A stretch of DNA of 64,000 nt from Flavobacteriales bacterium (GCA_965660305.1 CBFHZD010000002.1:64048-128047), one strand, 5' to 3'; counted from the stretch's first letter, positions 8,524-19,520 are shown. Notes: a model not told the origin generated them from the letters alone. Made by a program: numbers and translations.

Positions 8524-11500
8524 ATGAAAACTGATTCTTCGTTAATCATTGAGAAGTATAAAAACTCCACCAATGTAATTGATCTCCAAAATTCGATTTC
8601 AAACAGGCAAGGCTACACCCATATCAAAGGTGTTGTTGGTTCGTCTATGGCCTTCATTTCATCAGCTATTTTTTCCGAAACGGAAGAGCTTCAGCTGTTT
8701 ATGTTTCAAGATAAGGAAGAGGCTGTTTATTTTTTCAACACGCTTGAAAACATTAATGAGGGAAACAAAAAGAAGAAGTTTTATTTTTATCCTGCCTCGT
8801 ATAAACGCCCCTATCAAATAGAATCTACAGACAATGCCAATGTGTTGCTCAGAACTGAGGTGTTGAATGCCATTTCAAAAAAAAGGCGAAATAGTGTTGT
8901 GGTTTCATACCCTGAAGCCATGGTAGAAAAAGTAGTTACAAAAAAATCATTACGAAAAAGCACGCTCGATATTCATGTGGGCGACAAGTATTCCATTGAT
9001 TTTTTAAATGAACTTTTCATCGAAAGTCATTTTCATAAAGTAGATTATGTGTACGAACCTGGTCAATTTTCTGTGCGAGGTGGTATTGTCGATGTTTTTT
9101 CCTTTTCATTTGATTTTCCTTTTCGGATTGAGTTTTTTGGAGATGAAGTTGATTCAATCCGAAGTTTCAATATAGCCGATCAGCTATCCATCAACACGCA
9201 CAAGAAAATAACCATAACACCCAATGTTCAGGCGGAGTTGTTGCAAGATTCTCGAACTTCATTCTTTGAGTTTATTTCTCAAAAGTCTGTAATATGGTTA
9301 CACGCCTTTTCTACTTCTAAAAAGAAAATAGAAAACGGCTTTGATAAAGCTCTGTACACTTTCAATCAGCTGGATAATGAGCTAAAAAGACTACCTCCCA
9401 ATGAGCTATACATCAACTCTATTGAGTTTGAAACTGAGCTCAAACAGTTTACAGGTGTAGAATTTGGAAATGAAAAGTACTTCAGTAACGAGACGGTGGT
9501 TTTTCAACAATCTCCTCAACCGTCATTCAATAAGAAGTTTGATTTATTGGCACAAAACCTCAAGGAAAACACCCAAGCCGAATATGAAAACTATTTGTTT
9601 TCGGATAACTCCAATCAAGTTCAAAGACTCGAGGATATTTTTGCCGACATCGAGAAAGAAGCCGATTTTACTCCTATTCACACCAGTATAGACAATGGTT
9701 TTATAGACAATGATTTAAAAATTACGTGTTACACAGACCATCAAATATTTGAGCGTTACCATAAGTTTAAAATAAAAGAGGGTTACAAACAATCCAAAGA
9801 ACAAGTTAGCTTAAAAGAGATTTATGGATTAAAAAAGGGAGATTACATTGTGCATATTGACCACGGAGTGGGGACATTTTCTGGACTTGAAAAAATTGAC
9901 GTAAACGGCAAAGAACAAGAAGCGATTAGGCTTTTATATGAAGGAGGCGATGTATTGTACGTGAGCATTCATTCTTTGCATAGGATTTCAAAGTTTTCAG
10001 GAAAAGACAGTAAAAAGCCAAAAATAAACAAGTTAGGCACTCCTGCTTGGAAGGCTTTGAAGGCCAAAACAAAAAAACGTGTTAAAGAAGTAGCGTTTGA
10101 CCTCATTCAGCTTTACGCTAAAAGAAGAATGAAGGAGGGATTCGCTTTTGCGCCCGACACTTATCTTCAGCACGAACTCGAAGCTTCGTTTATGTACGAA
10201 GATACTCCGGACCAACACAAAGCCACCTTAGCGGTAAAGGAAGACATGGAAAAAGACATTCCCATGGATAGACTTGTGTGCGGAGATGTTGGGTTTGGAA
10301 AAACAGAAATAGCAATTCGTGCTGCCTTTAAGGCTGTTGCAGACAGCAAACAGGTAGCCATTTTGGTGCCAACCACAATCTTGAGCCTACAGCACTTCAG
10401 GAGTTTCAGCGAAAGATTGAAAGATTTCCCTTGTAAAGTGGATTATTTGAACCGGTTTAAATCTCCAAAAAAAGTAAAGGAAACTTTAGAAAGGCTGGAG
10501 AAAGGCGAAATAGATATATTGATTGGAACACACAAAATTGCAGGAAAAAGTGTAAAATTCAAAGACTTAGGTCTGTTGATTGTAGATGAGGAACAAAAAT
10601 TTGGAGTTGGAGTAAAAGACAAACTTAAAACAATGAAAGAGAACGTAGATTCTTTGACCTTAACCGCTACTCCTATTCCCAGAACGCTACAGTTTTCTTT
10701 GATGGGTGCAAGAGATTTATCGGTAATAAATACTCCTCCCCCTAACCGCCAGCCAATTGACACACAAATTCATACGTTCAATGAAGAAACAATAAGAAAT
10801 GCTGTGTCGTATGAAATGCAAAGAGGAGGTCAGGTCTATTTTGTAAACAATAGAGTTCAAAACATAAAAGAAGTGGCAGGTATGATTCAACGATTGGTGC
10901 CTGATGCAAAAGTGGCCATCATTCACGGTCAAATGGAAGGCCAAAAGATGGAGGCGACTCTCATGGATTTTATCAACGGAATGTACGATGTGTTGGTTGC
11001 AACTTCAATTATAGAATCTGGGATAGATGTTCCAAACGCCAACACAATGATTATCAACAACGCCAATAATTTTGGATTGAGTGATTTACATCAAATGAGA
11101 GGAAGAATTGGAAGGTCAAATAAAAAGGCGTTTTGTTATCTCATCACCCCGCCACGCCACATGCTCAGTGACGATGCAACAAAAAGACTCAATGCCATTG
11201 AACAACATAGCGATCTAGGAAGTGGGTTTAATATAGCGATGAAAGATTTGGATATACGTGGAGCAGGAGATTTGCTTGGAGCGAGCCAAAGTGGCTACAT
11301 CAACGACATAGGTTTCGCTACCTATCAAAAAATACTCAACGAAACAATAGAAGAACTTAAAACAAACGAGTTTAAAGAATTATTTAAGGATGAAAAGAAC
11401 GACAAGTTTTTTGAAATAGAAGACTTCCAGTTGGAAACAGATTTAGAGTTATTAATTCCAGATACGTATGTAAATCAAATTGCTGAAAGACTCTCTTTAT

Positions 11501-11871
11501 ACCAGGAACTAGACGAAGTAAAAAACATCGGTGAGTTAGATTCATACAGAAAAAACCTAAAAGATAGATTTGGAGATGTTCCAGAAGAAACTTCGGAACT
11601 ACTGAAAACCATTAGGCTAAAATGGTTATCAAAAGAAATTGGGTTTGAGAAAATAATCTTGAAGCAAGAGAAAATGATTTGTTTCTTTCCATCCAACCAG
11701 CAATCCGCTTACTTTGAATCAGACGCGTTTACAAAAGCCTTGATGTTCATTCAAACAAACCCTCGAAATTGTAAAATGAGCGAACGGAACAACAAACTTC
11801 GTCTTGTTTTTACCGGAATTCGTTCTATTTCTGAGGCAATAGGTGAGTTGAGGAAGATCACAAAAAACTAA
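8524..11871 (+). CDS. mfd: Transcription-repair coupling factor Mfd
   Basis: 1115 aa. Superfamily-2 helicase motifs (GDVGFGKTE, DEEQKFGV, TATPIPRT, QMRGRIGRS) and a CarD-like KKGDYIVHIDHGVG segment. Confidence 0.97.
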   Translation: MKTDSSLIIEKYKNSTNVIDLQNSISNRQGYTHIKGVVGSSMAFISSAIFSETEELQLFMFQDKEEAVYFFNTLENINEGNKKKKFYFYPASYKRPYQIESTDNANVLLRTEVLNAISKKRRNSVVVSYPEAMVEKVVTKKSLRKSTLDIHVGDKYSIDFLNELFIESHFHKVDYVYEPGQFSVRGGIVDVFSFSFDFPFRIEFFGDEVDSIRSFNIADQLSINTHKKITITPNVQAELLQDSRTSFFEFISQKSVIWLHAFSTSKKKIENGFDKALYTFNQLDNELKRLPPNELYINSIEFETELKQFTGVEFGNEKYFSNETVVFQQSPQPSFNKKFDLLAQNLKENTQAEYENYLFSDNSNQVQRLEDIFADIEKEADFTPIHTSIDNGFIDNDLKITCYTDHQIFERYHKFKIKEGYKQSKEQVSLKEIYGLKKGDYIVHIDHGVGTFSGLEKIDVNGKEQEAIRLLYEGGDVLYVSIHSLHRISKFSGKDSKKPKINKLGTPAWKALKAKTKKRVKEVAFDLIQLYAKRRMKEGFAFAPDTYLQHELEASFMYEDTPDQHKATLAVKEDMEKDIPMDRLVCGDVGFGKTEIAIRAAFKAVADSKQVAILVPTTILSLQHFRSFSERLKDFPCKVDYLNRFKSPKKVKETLERLEKGEIDILIGTHKIAGKSVKFKDLGLLIVDEEQKFGVGVKDKLKTMKENVDSLTLTATPIPRTLQFSLMGARDLSVINTPPPNRQPIDTQIHTFNEETIRNAVSYEMQRGGQVYFVNNRVQNIKEVAGMIQRLVPDAKVAIIHGQMEGQKMEATLMDFINGMYDVLVATSIIESGIDVPNANTMIINNANNFGLSDLHQMRGRIGRSNKKAFCYLITPPRHMLSDDATKRLNAIEQHSDLGSGFNIAMKDLDIRGAGDLLGASQSGYINDIGFATYQKILNETIEELKTNEFKELFKDEKNDKFFEIEDFQLETDLELLIPDTYVNQIAERLSLYQELDEVKNIGELDSYRKNLKDRFGDVPEETSELLKTIRLKWLSKEIGFEKIILKQEKMICFFPSNQQSAYFESDAFTKALMFIQTNPRNCKMSERNNKLRLVFTGIRSISEAIGELRKITKN

Positions 11872-11876
11872 ATTTT

Positions 11877-12296
11877 ATGGAAAAGAAATTTGAGGTAAAG
11901 GACATAAAAGAATTGGTTGAGGTGGCGCAATTTATCAAGCAGCTATCTAGTGAGTACTCCCATTTTTGTTTGGACGCACCTATGGGGGCAGGAAAAACAA
12001 CCTTGGTGAATGAGGTTTGCAAAGTTTTGGGAGTTACCGAACACACTTCTAGCCCTACTTATTCGATAGTTAACGAATATAAAACCAAAGTTGGAGGTTC
12101 AATTTTTCATTTTGATTTATATCGATTGAAGGACGAAATGGAACTGCTAGATATTGGAGTTCTCGAAATTTTGGACAGTGGAAACCTTTGCTTTTTCGAA
12201 TGGCCAGAAAAAATTCATTCGTACTTAAACGAAAAATTTGTAAATTTAACTATTGAGGTAGCAGACACTACTCGAATCATCACTCTAACCTATTGA
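11877..12296 (+). CDS. tsaE: tRNA t6A37 biosynthesis ATPase TsaE
   Basis: 139 aa. Walker A APMGAGKTTLV, SPTYSIVNEY and HFDLYRL motifs. Confidence 0.9.
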   Translation: MEKKFEVKDIKELVEVAQFIKQLSSEYSHFCLDAPMGAGKTTLVNEVCKVLGVTEHTSSPTYSIVNEYKTKVGGSIFHFDLYRLKDEMELLDIGVLEILDSGNLCFFEWPEKIHSYLNEKFVNLTIEVADTTRIITLTY

Positions 12297-12297
12297 T

Positions 12298-13512
12298 ATG
12301 TCATCAGATGTACTAAAATCCCTGGCAAAAGAAGCACTTTTAGTGCCGCAAGAAAAACTGCAGCTAGCAGGAACAAAAAGCAAAAAACTTTTCATAGGGA
12401 TTCCCAAAGAAACTAGCTTTCAAGAAAACAGAGTTTCGCTTGTTCCTGAAGCAGTTTCGCTTTTAGTAAGCAACGGTCACAAAGTATGCGTTGAGACGAA
12501 TGCAGGAATCAATGCCAATTTTGTGGACAGAGATTACAGCGAAGTGGGTGCAGAAATATGTTACGATACTTCCGAGGTATTCAAAGCGGACATTATCATT
12601 AAAGTGGCTCCGCCAAGCAAGGAAGAGATTGAAATGATGTCGGGAAACCAAACTCTATTTGCAGCATTACAACTTTCTGTTCATCCCAAAAATACGCTGG
12701 AAATGCTCATGAGGAAGAAAATCACCGCCATAGCATGGGATTTTGTGAAGGATGAAGATGATGTTTACCCTGTTATTCGCTCTATGTCTGAGATTGCGGG
12801 AATAAAATCAATAGGAATTGCGTCTCATTATTTGAGTAACCTGAACAACGGAAGAGGAACTATTCTGGGAGGAATAGCTGGAGTTTCCCCAACTGAAGTA
12901 GTTATCGTTGGAGCTGGAACCGTTGGTGAATTTGCAGCAAAATCCGCCATAGGTTTAGGGGCTTCGGTAAAAATATTTGACAACGATGTGTATAAGCTCA
13001 GGAGAATTCAAAACGACCTGAACACCACGATTTGGACATCAATTATAAACCCCAAGGTATTGGAAAAAGCGCTGATGAGAGCAGACGTGGCTATTGGAGC
13101 TCTCAGGTCTAACAACGGAACGACCCCATGTGTTGTTTCCGAAGAGATGGTTGAAAACATGAAAGAAGGAGCTGTTATTGTGGACGTGAGCATTGACAAA
13201 GGAGGGTGTTTTGAGACATCAAAAGTAACCAACCACAAATCCCCTGTTTTTACCAAACACGGTGTGATTCACTATTGCGTTCCAAACATTGCCTCTTCAG
13301 TTTCCAGGACAGCCTCTTTTGCCTTGAGCAATATTTTTTCACCCTTACTGATCCAAATTGGAGAGGAAGGAGGGATTGCAAAAATGGTCAGAGAAAACAA
13401 AGGATTCAGACACGGAGTGTATGTTTACAAAGGAATGTTAACGAGCAAAACGCTAGGAGATGCTTTTAGTTTGCCTCACAAAAACATTGATTTACTTTTG
13501 ATGGCGATGTAG
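12298..13512 (+). CDS. Alanine dehydrogenase / PNT-alpha family NAD(H)-dependent dehydrogenase
   Basis: IGIPKE..ENRV N-terminal motif, Rossmann VVIVGAGTVG, 404 aa. Confidence 0.75.
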   Translation: MSSDVLKSLAKEALLVPQEKLQLAGTKSKKLFIGIPKETSFQENRVSLVPEAVSLLVSNGHKVCVETNAGINANFVDRDYSEVGAEICYDTSEVFKADIIIKVAPPSKEEIEMMSGNQTLFAALQLSVHPKNTLEMLMRKKITAIAWDFVKDEDDVYPVIRSMSEIAGIKSIGIASHYLSNLNNGRGTILGGIAGVSPTEVVIVGAGTVGEFAAKSAIGLGASVKIFDNDVYKLRRIQNDLNTTIWTSIINPKVLEKALMRADVAIGALRSNNGTTPCVVSEEMVENMKEGAVIVDVSIDKGGCFETSKVTNHKSPVFTKHGVIHYCVPNIASSVSRTASFALSNIFSPLLIQIGEEGGIAKMVRENKGFRHGVYVYKGMLTSKTLGDAFSLPHKNIDLLLMAM

Positions 13513-13552
13513 CAGCCCAAATCAGTAAGAAAACTATACCTTAGTAGTCAAG

Positions 13553-14683
13553 ATGAAAATTGCTATAAATACACGATTTTTACTCACCAAAAAACTTGAA
13601 GGCTTTGGCTGGTTCACCCACGAAGTAGCAAAAAGACTGGTTCAAAACCATCCAGAACACGATTTCTTCTTCTTTTTTGATAGAAAGTATGATGCTAAGT
13701 TCATTTACGGAGAAAATGTGACCCCAGTTGTGATTCATCCACAAGCACGACATCCCTTTTTGTATTATTTATGGTTTGAATTTGGCGTAAAAAGAGCATT
13801 AAAAAAATACGACATTGATGTTTTTTTATCTCCCGATGGATATTTGAGTTTAACCTCAGAAGTAAAGCAAATACCCGTAATTCATGATTTAAGTTTTGTC
13901 CATTATCCAAAAGATATTCCTTTTTGGAATCGGAACTACGTCAACTATTTTTTTCCAAAGTTTGCCCAAAAGGCGACTAAAATCTTAACAGTCTCGGAGT
14001 ATTCTAAACAAGATTTAGTGCAGAGTTTTGGTGTTGTTGAAGAAAAAATTCAAGTGGCACACAATGGAATTGGAGAAGTATTTCAGCCAATAAGTGAGCA
14101 GGAAAAATTCGAAACAAGAAGTAAATTTACGGAGGGAGCACCCTACTTTTTGTTCGTTAGTGCTCTTCACCCCAGAAAAAATGTTACAAACTTGTTCCAA
14201 GCTTTTGATCAGTTCAAAACCGAAACCAAAAGTGAAGTAAAATTACTGATGGTGGGAGAAAAATATTGGTGGAATAAAGAAATAAAACAGATTTTTGATG
14301 ACATGAAACATCAAGTCGATGTTATATTTACTGGTCACATTCAGTCCAGTGAACTCAACAAACTGTACGGTTCAGGTCTTGCCTTAACTTATGTTTCGTA
14401 TTTTGAGGGCTTTGGAATTCCATTGGTAGAGGCAATGAAATGTGAGCTACCTGTTCTATCTTCAGAGCTAACTTCCCTGCCCGAAGTGGGTGGAGATGCC
14501 GCAATTTATGTCAACCCTTTTTCTGTTGAAGACATAAAAAACGGAATGAAAAGAATGCTCAAAGACGACTCATTAAGACAAGAATTAATTGATCACGGAA
14601 CGGAAAGAGCCAACCTGTTTAGCTGGGACAAAACTGCCGAAACTGTTTGGAAAACGATTGTTGAGGTACATGAAAACGATTGA
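13553..14683 (+). CDS. Glycosyltransferase family 4 (GT-B fold)
   Basis: 376 aa. C-terminal [11 protein letters not shown] motif typical of GT4 enzymes. Confidence 0.85.
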   Translation: MKIAINTRFLLTKKLEGFGWFTHEVAKRLVQNHPEHDFFFFFDRKYDAKFIYGENVTPVVIHPQARHPFLYYLWFEFGVKRALKKYDIDVFLSPDGYLSLTSEVKQIPVIHDLSFVHYPKDIPFWNRNYVNYFFPKFAQKATKILTVSEYSKQDLVQSFGVVEEKIQVAHNGIGEVFQPISEQEKFETRSKFTEGAPYFLFVSALHPRKNVTNLFQAFDQFKTETKSEVKLLMVGEKYWWNKEIKQIFDDMKHQVDVIFTGHIQSSELNKLYGSGLALTYVSYFEGFGIPLVEAMKCELPVLSSELTSLPEVGGDAAIYVNPFSVEDIKNGMKRMLKDDSLRQELIDHGTERANLFSWDKTAETVWKTIVEVHEND

Positions 14684-14685
14684 TA

Positions 14686-15285
14686 ATGCTAGAACTTCAT
14701 TACGATAAAGCCAAAACAGAGGCAGGATGTGACGAAGCAGGAAGAGGGTGTTTGTCTGGACCTGTGGTGGCCGCAGCTGTTATATTGCCCAAAGATTTCA
14801 AGAATGATATATTGACGGACTCAAAACAGCTCTCAGAAAAAAAACGAGAACTACTTAGACCCATTATAGAAAAGGAAGCTTTAGCTTGGGGTGTTGGAAT
14901 CGTTTCACCCAAAGAAATTGATGAAATTAATATTTTGAACGCTTCATTTTTAGCGATGCACAGAGCCATAGATAAGCTCAAGGTGGCCCCGAATTTGTTG
15001 TTGATTGATGGAAACCGCTTTAACCCGTATAAGGATATAGAACACGTTTGTGTCATAAAAGGAGACGGAAAATACTTACCAATTGCGGCAGCATCTATCT
15101 TGGCCAAAACATACAGAGACGATATTATGAAGGAATACCACGAAGAGTTCCCTCATTTCGATTGGAACAAAAACAAAGGATACCCTACCAAGAAACACCG
15201 ACAAGCAATCCGCGAATTTGGTCCTACTTCCTACCATAGGAAAAGTTTTAGATTGTTACCTGAACAGCTTGAAATTGAGTTTTAA
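14686..15285 (+). CDS. rnhB: Ribonuclease HII
   Basis: [19 protein letters not shown] catalytic motif, DSKQLS, and about 200 aa. The ORF track starts at a TTG at 14680. The ATG at 14686 is preferred. Confidence 0.93.
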   Translation: MLELHYDKAKTEAGCDEAGRGCLSGPVVAAAVILPKDFKNDILTDSKQLSEKKRELLRPIIEKEALAWGVGIVSPKEIDEINILNASFLAMHRAIDKLKVAPNLLLIDGNRFNPYKDIEHVCVIKGDGKYLPIAAASILAKTYRDDIMKEYHEEFPHFDWNKNKGYPTKKHRQAIREFGPTSYHRKSFRLLPEQLEIEF

Positions 15286-15304
15286 GCCACCACATTAGTG
15301 TGGT

Positions 15305-16852
15305 TCAGGAATGAGATTCATAGAGGTGAAGAGCAATTTTAATGTTTTCACTCTTTTTGTCTTTACGAGAGGACTTTGCCGTATCCGTATAAAACTGATG
15401 TGACTTTAAAAAGTTGAGTTGAGCCTTATGAAATTCAAACGGAGAATCAACAATTTCATTTTCAATGTATTCATTCATTAACTTGTTGCTTATTTCTCTA
15501 AAATCATGTCGGCCAAGATAATCTAAGTCAGCGTCTTTCATAATTTTTTCGAGTAAGTTTTTGGGCTCAAAGTTTGGTTCTGTTGCCAAAATGAGATTCG
15601 TTATTAGTTTTATTTGATTCGCATTGAAATTATAATCTGGTAAGATCAACTCCGCAAATTCTGCTCCTAAGCTCTCGTTGTGTTCGTATTGATTTAAAAA
15701 ACCTACATCATGCAGCAGAGCAGCTGTTTTAAGCAACAAAACATCTTCGGTATAGATTCCCTCCCCAAAAGCAATAAATTCAACCGCATTCATGACGTTC
15801 AGGGCGTGTTTTTCGTTATGATAATAAATCTTCTTGGGAAGCTCATTTTTTATTTTTTCTTTCACGGATTTAAACAAAGAAATATAATCTGGTTGTGAGT
15901 TTTTTAAGTTGTGTACATATTCCCAAAAGAATGAATTTGGAACCAGTCCGTCTGGATCTGCCGATAGCTCGGGTTTAATTCTGTTTACGAAGTACATAGG
16001 GATTTCACCCACGTTTTTTGTGTTTATTTCACCCCTTTCTTCACATTCGAAGTAGGGATAAATGTGTCTGTAAGTAGCTTCTGAGATGTTAACCTTTCCT
16101 GGAAAACCGGCTTCTTGTATACGACTAGCAACATTAACCGAACTTCCCCAAATATCGAACATTGGTCGCTTTGTATCTAAAACACCTGCTGCAATTTCAC
16201 CTGTTGTGATACCTATTCTAATTTGCCAATTTAGCTGAGAAGAAGCGTTTATTTTTCGGACTTCTTCTTGCATTTGAAGTCCAGATAAAACAGCATAAAT
16301 AGGGTTTTTTCTGTTTTTCTTAGGAACACCCCCAACAGCGAAATAACTATCCCCAATAGTTTTTATTAAAATCATATTGTTTTCAGTTATAACTGAATCA
16401 AACTTTTTGAAATAAACATTCAATGTATCCACCAGTTGATTGGCAGTTAAAAAGGGAGTTATTTTTGAAAACGAAACAATGTCTGCAAATAACACGGATG
16501 CTTTTTCATAATACTCTGGCTCAATTTTCCCTTTATTTTTTAAAACTTTTACAATTTTATTCGGAAAAATATCTTTCAGTAATTCGTCTGATTTTTGGTG
16601 TTCATACTCCAGGAGTGCTTTTTGTTCTTCTATTTTTTGTTTTTGGTTTATGATGGTAGTTGTCCTTCTCTCCATAAAAGAACGTATTTTTCTTTTTTGT
16701 TTTCTCCCAGAAAAAATGATATAAATAAGCGCTAGGACAAGAACTAAGCTTATCAATTGCCAGTAAAATGAGGCATTAAGGAAGTTGTTGTTTGCTAATG
16801 AAAACAACACTAATGGATTCAGTTTACTCACTGAAAAGAGGTTCCAATTCAT
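15305..16852 (-). CDS. Membrane-anchored class III adenylate/guanylate cyclase fused to a C-terminal HD phosphohydrolase domain
   Basis: An N-terminal TM helix (LISLVLVLALIYIIF) and a coiled segment. Cyclase motifs VLFADIVSFS, IKTIGDSY and WGSSVNVASRIQ. Then HD-superfamily residues H(EKHALNV)...LLHDVGF...KDADLDYLG. Confidence 0.85.
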   Translation of the reverse strand: MNWNLFSVSKLNPLVLFSLANNNFLNASFYWQLISLVLVLALIYIIFSGRKQKRKIRSFMERRTTTIINQKQKIEEQKALLEYEHQKSDELLKDIFPNKIVKVLKNKGKIEPEYYEKASVLFADIVSFSKITPFLTANQLVDTLNVYFKKFDSVITENNMILIKTIGDSYFAVGGVPKKNRKNPIYAVLSGLQMQEEVRKINASSQLNWQIRIGITTGEIAAGVLDTKRPMFDIWGSSVNVASRIQEAGFPGKVNISEATYRHIYPYFECEERGEINTKNVGEIPMYFVNRIKPELSADPDGLVPNSFFWEYVHNLKNSQPDYISLFKSVKEKIKNELPKKIYYHNEKHALNVMNAVEFIAFGEGIYTEDVLLLKTAALLHDVGFLNQYEHNESLGAEFAELILPDYNFNANQIKLITNLILATEPNFEPKNLLEKIMKDADLDYLGRHDFREISNKLMNEYIENEIVDSPFEFHKAQLNFLKSHQFYTDTAKSSRKDKKSENIKIALHLYESHS

Positions 16853-16886
16853 AGTTGCAAGTGGAGTTTATTCAAATTTGACCCAT

Positions 16887-17828
16887 TCAACTTTTGGGCT
16901 TTGTTTTTGGTTTTTCAGACATTTTTTGTCCTACAAAAGTACCTTCAATAATTTGTTGCTGAAAATCTTTCATGCCTCCTGGCGAATGCGGAACAAGAAT
17001 GGTGTTGTTCCCTTCTTTTGTTCCAATGCTGTTTAGGGTGTCAAAGTATTGAGTAAGTAAAACGAATTGCATTACTTCCGTAGAGTTTATTTCGTCCAAA
17101 GAATCCTTAAAATCTTCTATCGACTCCTTGAATCCTTTGACGATAGCAATCCTTTGTGCAGCAACACCTTCACCCTGAAGTCTTTTGCTTTCGGCATCTG
17201 CTTCAGCCTCTTTTACAATCGTGATTTTTGTTGCCTCCGCTTCTTGAAGTGCCGCTTCTTTATCCCTTTTGGCAGCATTAATCCTGTTCATGGACTCTTT
17301 TACGTTTCTATCAGGGTCAATATCGGTAATCAATGTTTTAATGATTTCGAATCCGTAATCATCCATAGAGGCCGAAAGACTTTGATTCACAGCGTTGGCA
17401 ATGTCGTCTTTTCGAGAAAACACCTCATCCAGTTCGAGTTTTGGAACTTCAGCACGAATAACGTCAAAAATAAAGGAGGATATTTGCCTGGATGAGTCAT
17501 CCAAGCTATAAAAAGACTCTTTCGTTTTGTTCGGTATTACTTTATACTGAACAGAAGCTTGCATAACAACAAATACATTGTCCATGGTTTTGGTTTCTAC
17601 ATGCACATCCAGTTGCAGCACCCTGAGATTTACTGTTCCTGCTACAGAGTCTATAATAGGAACTTTGAAGCTTAGTCCCGAATTCGCAATTCGATTAAAC
17701 TTTCCAAGTCTTTGTATTACTTTTGCAGACTTTTCTGGAACAATGACTAAAGAAAGGATTAAAAACAGAACTAAAAAGGCGATAAGAGCAATTACAGCAG
17801 GGGAAGACATAGCGGATAAAAAGATCAT
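16887..17828 (-). CDS. SPFH / band-7 (stomatin-prohibitin-like) membrane protein
   Basis: An N-terminal TM, then VIQRLGKF.....GLSFKVPIIDSV...LRV..LDV typical of the SPFH domain. The tail is coiled-coil and rich in A and E. Confidence 0.9.
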   Translation of the reverse strand: MIFLSAMSSPAVIALIAFLVLFLILSLVIVPEKSAKVIQRLGKFNRIANSGLSFKVPIIDSVAGTVNLRVLQLDVHVETKTMDNVFVVMQASVQYKVIPNKTKESFYSLDDSSRQISSFIFDVIRAEVPKLELDEVFSRKDDIANAVNQSLSASMDDYGFEIIKTLITDIDPDRNVKESMNRINAAKRDKEAALQEAEATKITIVKEAEADAESKRLQGEGVAAQRIAIVKGFKESIEDFKDSLDEINSTEVMQFVLLTQYFDTLNSIGTKEGNNTILVPHSPGGMKDFQQQIIEGTFVGQKMSEKPKTKPKS

Positions 17829-17987
17829 AATGGGTTTGTTTTTCGGTTATAATTAATAGTGTGAGGTTAATTTACAAATAATTTTGGCTTTATTGGTCCT
17901 TTTCAATAAAAACTAACAGATGTCTTATTCTTTGATTCTTTACTTCAAATAATAGATTATTTTTAGGACAATCACCCCACACATTCT

Positions 17988-17995
17988 TATATTTG
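17988..17995 (+). promoter_or_regulatory. Putative -7 box TATATTTG immediately upstream of the aldehyde dehydrogenase ATG
   Basis: Exact TAnnTTTG match ending 3 nt before the ATG at 17999. This implies a very short or absent leader. Confidence 0.3.
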
Positions 17996-17998
17996 ATT

Positions 17999-19438
17999 AT
18001 GCTAAAAATTGAAAACTATATTGGCGGAGAACTGGTAGCTCCAATTGATAATGCTTACATTGACAATTACAACCCTTCTAAAGGAGAGGTGTACAGTCTT
18101 ATTCCTAATTCTCAAAAAGAAGATGTGGAACGGGCAGTAAATGCTGCGAGCGCTGCTTTCCCCGAATGGAGTAAAATGGAAAAGAACAAAAGGTCGCAAG
18201 TTTTGGTGCGTTTGGCTGACTTGATTGACGAGAATTTAGATGAATTGGCGAAGGCTGAAGCAATGGATAACGGAAAGCCATATAAGTTAGCGACAAGGGT
18301 TGATATTCCTAGAGCAAGTGCCAACATTCGGTTTTTTGCCACAGCTATTTTACATAATTCTTCTCAGTCTCACCATATGGAGGAGGGCTATACCAATTAT
18401 ACGCTAAATCACCCTCTCGGAGTTGTTGGCTGCATTTCTCCTTGGAATTTACCTCTGTATCTATTTACCTGGAAAATAGCGCCCGCTATTGCTTCTGGGT
18501 GCACCGTAGTTGCCAAACCATCTGAGGTTACACCGATGACGGCTTATTTGTTTTCCAAACTGTGTATTGAGGCAGGCCTACCAAAAGGAGTCCTGAATAT
18601 TGTTCACGGATTGGGAGCTCACGCAGGGGACGCTATTGTTTCTCACCCAAAAGTAAAGGCAATCTCATTTACGGGAGGAACTACAACAGGTAGAATAATT
18701 GGAAAAAAAGCCGCAGAGTCATTCAAAAAAACATCATTAGAGTTAGGAGGTAAGAACCCAAACATCATTTTTGAGGACTGTGACTTTGACGTTATGTTAA
18801 AAACCACGGTAGCTTCATCCTTCGCAAACCAGGGTCAAATTTGCTTGTGCGGATCAAGAATATTTATTCAAAAATCCATCTACGAAAAATTTAAAAAAGC
18901 GTTTTTGCACCAACTATCCCAACACAAAGTGGGCGACCCTTTTGATGAGAAATCAAAAATGGGCGCTATTGTTTCTCAGGATCATTTAGAAAAGGTATTA
19001 AGCTACGTAGAGCTCGCCAAAGAAGAGGGAGGAACTGTGTTGTTTGGAGGAAAACAATTAACAATTGAAGGTAGCGAAAACGGTTATTTTATGGAGCCAA
19101 CAGTCATAGAAGGGTTAGACTTTACGTGCAGAACAAATCAAGAAGAGATTTTTGGGCCGGTGGTTACCTTAACTCCTTTTGAAACAGAAGAGGAAGTATT
19201 GGGGATGGCAAACTCCACAGAGTACGGTTTGGCGGCAACGGTTTGGACAGAAAACTTGTCGCGTGCTCACCGTGTTTCTCAACAGTTGGAATCAGGCATA
19301 GTTTGGGTAAACTGCTGGTTAGTGCGAGATTTAAGGACACCATTTGGTGGTGTGAAAAACTCTGGACTTGGTCGTGAGGGTGGGTTTAGAGCCTTAGAGT
19401 TTTTTACTGAACCTAAAAATGTATGTGTAAAAATTTAA
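17999..19438 (+). CDS. NAD(P)-dependent aldehyde dehydrogenase (ALDH8 / aminomuconate-semialdehyde dehydrogenase-like)
   Basis: LELGGKNP (catalytic Glu) and QGQICLCGSRIF (catalytic Cys) motifs, about 480 aa. The ORF track begins at a TTG at 17993. The ATG at 17999 is preferred. Confidence 0.9.
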   Translation: MLKIENYIGGELVAPIDNAYIDNYNPSKGEVYSLIPNSQKEDVERAVNAASAAFPEWSKMEKNKRSQVLVRLADLIDENLDELAKAEAMDNGKPYKLATRVDIPRASANIRFFATAILHNSSQSHHMEEGYTNYTLNHPLGVVGCISPWNLPLYLFTWKIAPAIASGCTVVAKPSEVTPMTAYLFSKLCIEAGLPKGVLNIVHGLGAHAGDAIVSHPKVKAISFTGGTTTGRIIGKKAAESFKKTSLELGGKNPNIIFEDCDFDVMLKTTVASSFANQGQICLCGSRIFIQKSIYEKFKKAFLHQLSQHKVGDPFDEKSKMGAIVSQDHLEKVLSYVELAKEEGGTVLFGGKQLTIEGSENGYFMEPTVIEGLDFTCRTNQEEIFGPVVTLTPFETEEEVLGMANSTEYGLAATVWTENLSRAHRVSQQLESGIVWVNCWLVRDLRTPFGGVKNSGLGREGGFRALEFFTEPKNVCVKI

Positions 19439-19520
19439 TGACTGACACTGTTAGAATCTTCAAGGGGCATATTTTGGGCTAATGTTCAGATCGCAATTGG
19501 CCTGAAAGAGTCAATAGGAT

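Noticed and set aside
15288-15304. Short hairpin ACCACA-TTAG-TGTGGT between convergent rnhB and the cyclase gene, considered as a terminator
   Set aside because: The stem is only 6 bp and there is no T-run on either strand. It is too weak to call.
15305-16852. Cyclase considered as a Pycsar/CBASS-type antiphage signalling cyclase
   Set aside because: There is no adjacent effector with a cNMP-binding, TIR, patatin or pore-forming TM domain. The flanking genes are housekeeping, and the architecture (TM + coiled coil + cyclase + HD) looks like a sensory signalling protein. It is kept only as a second-messenger curiosity.
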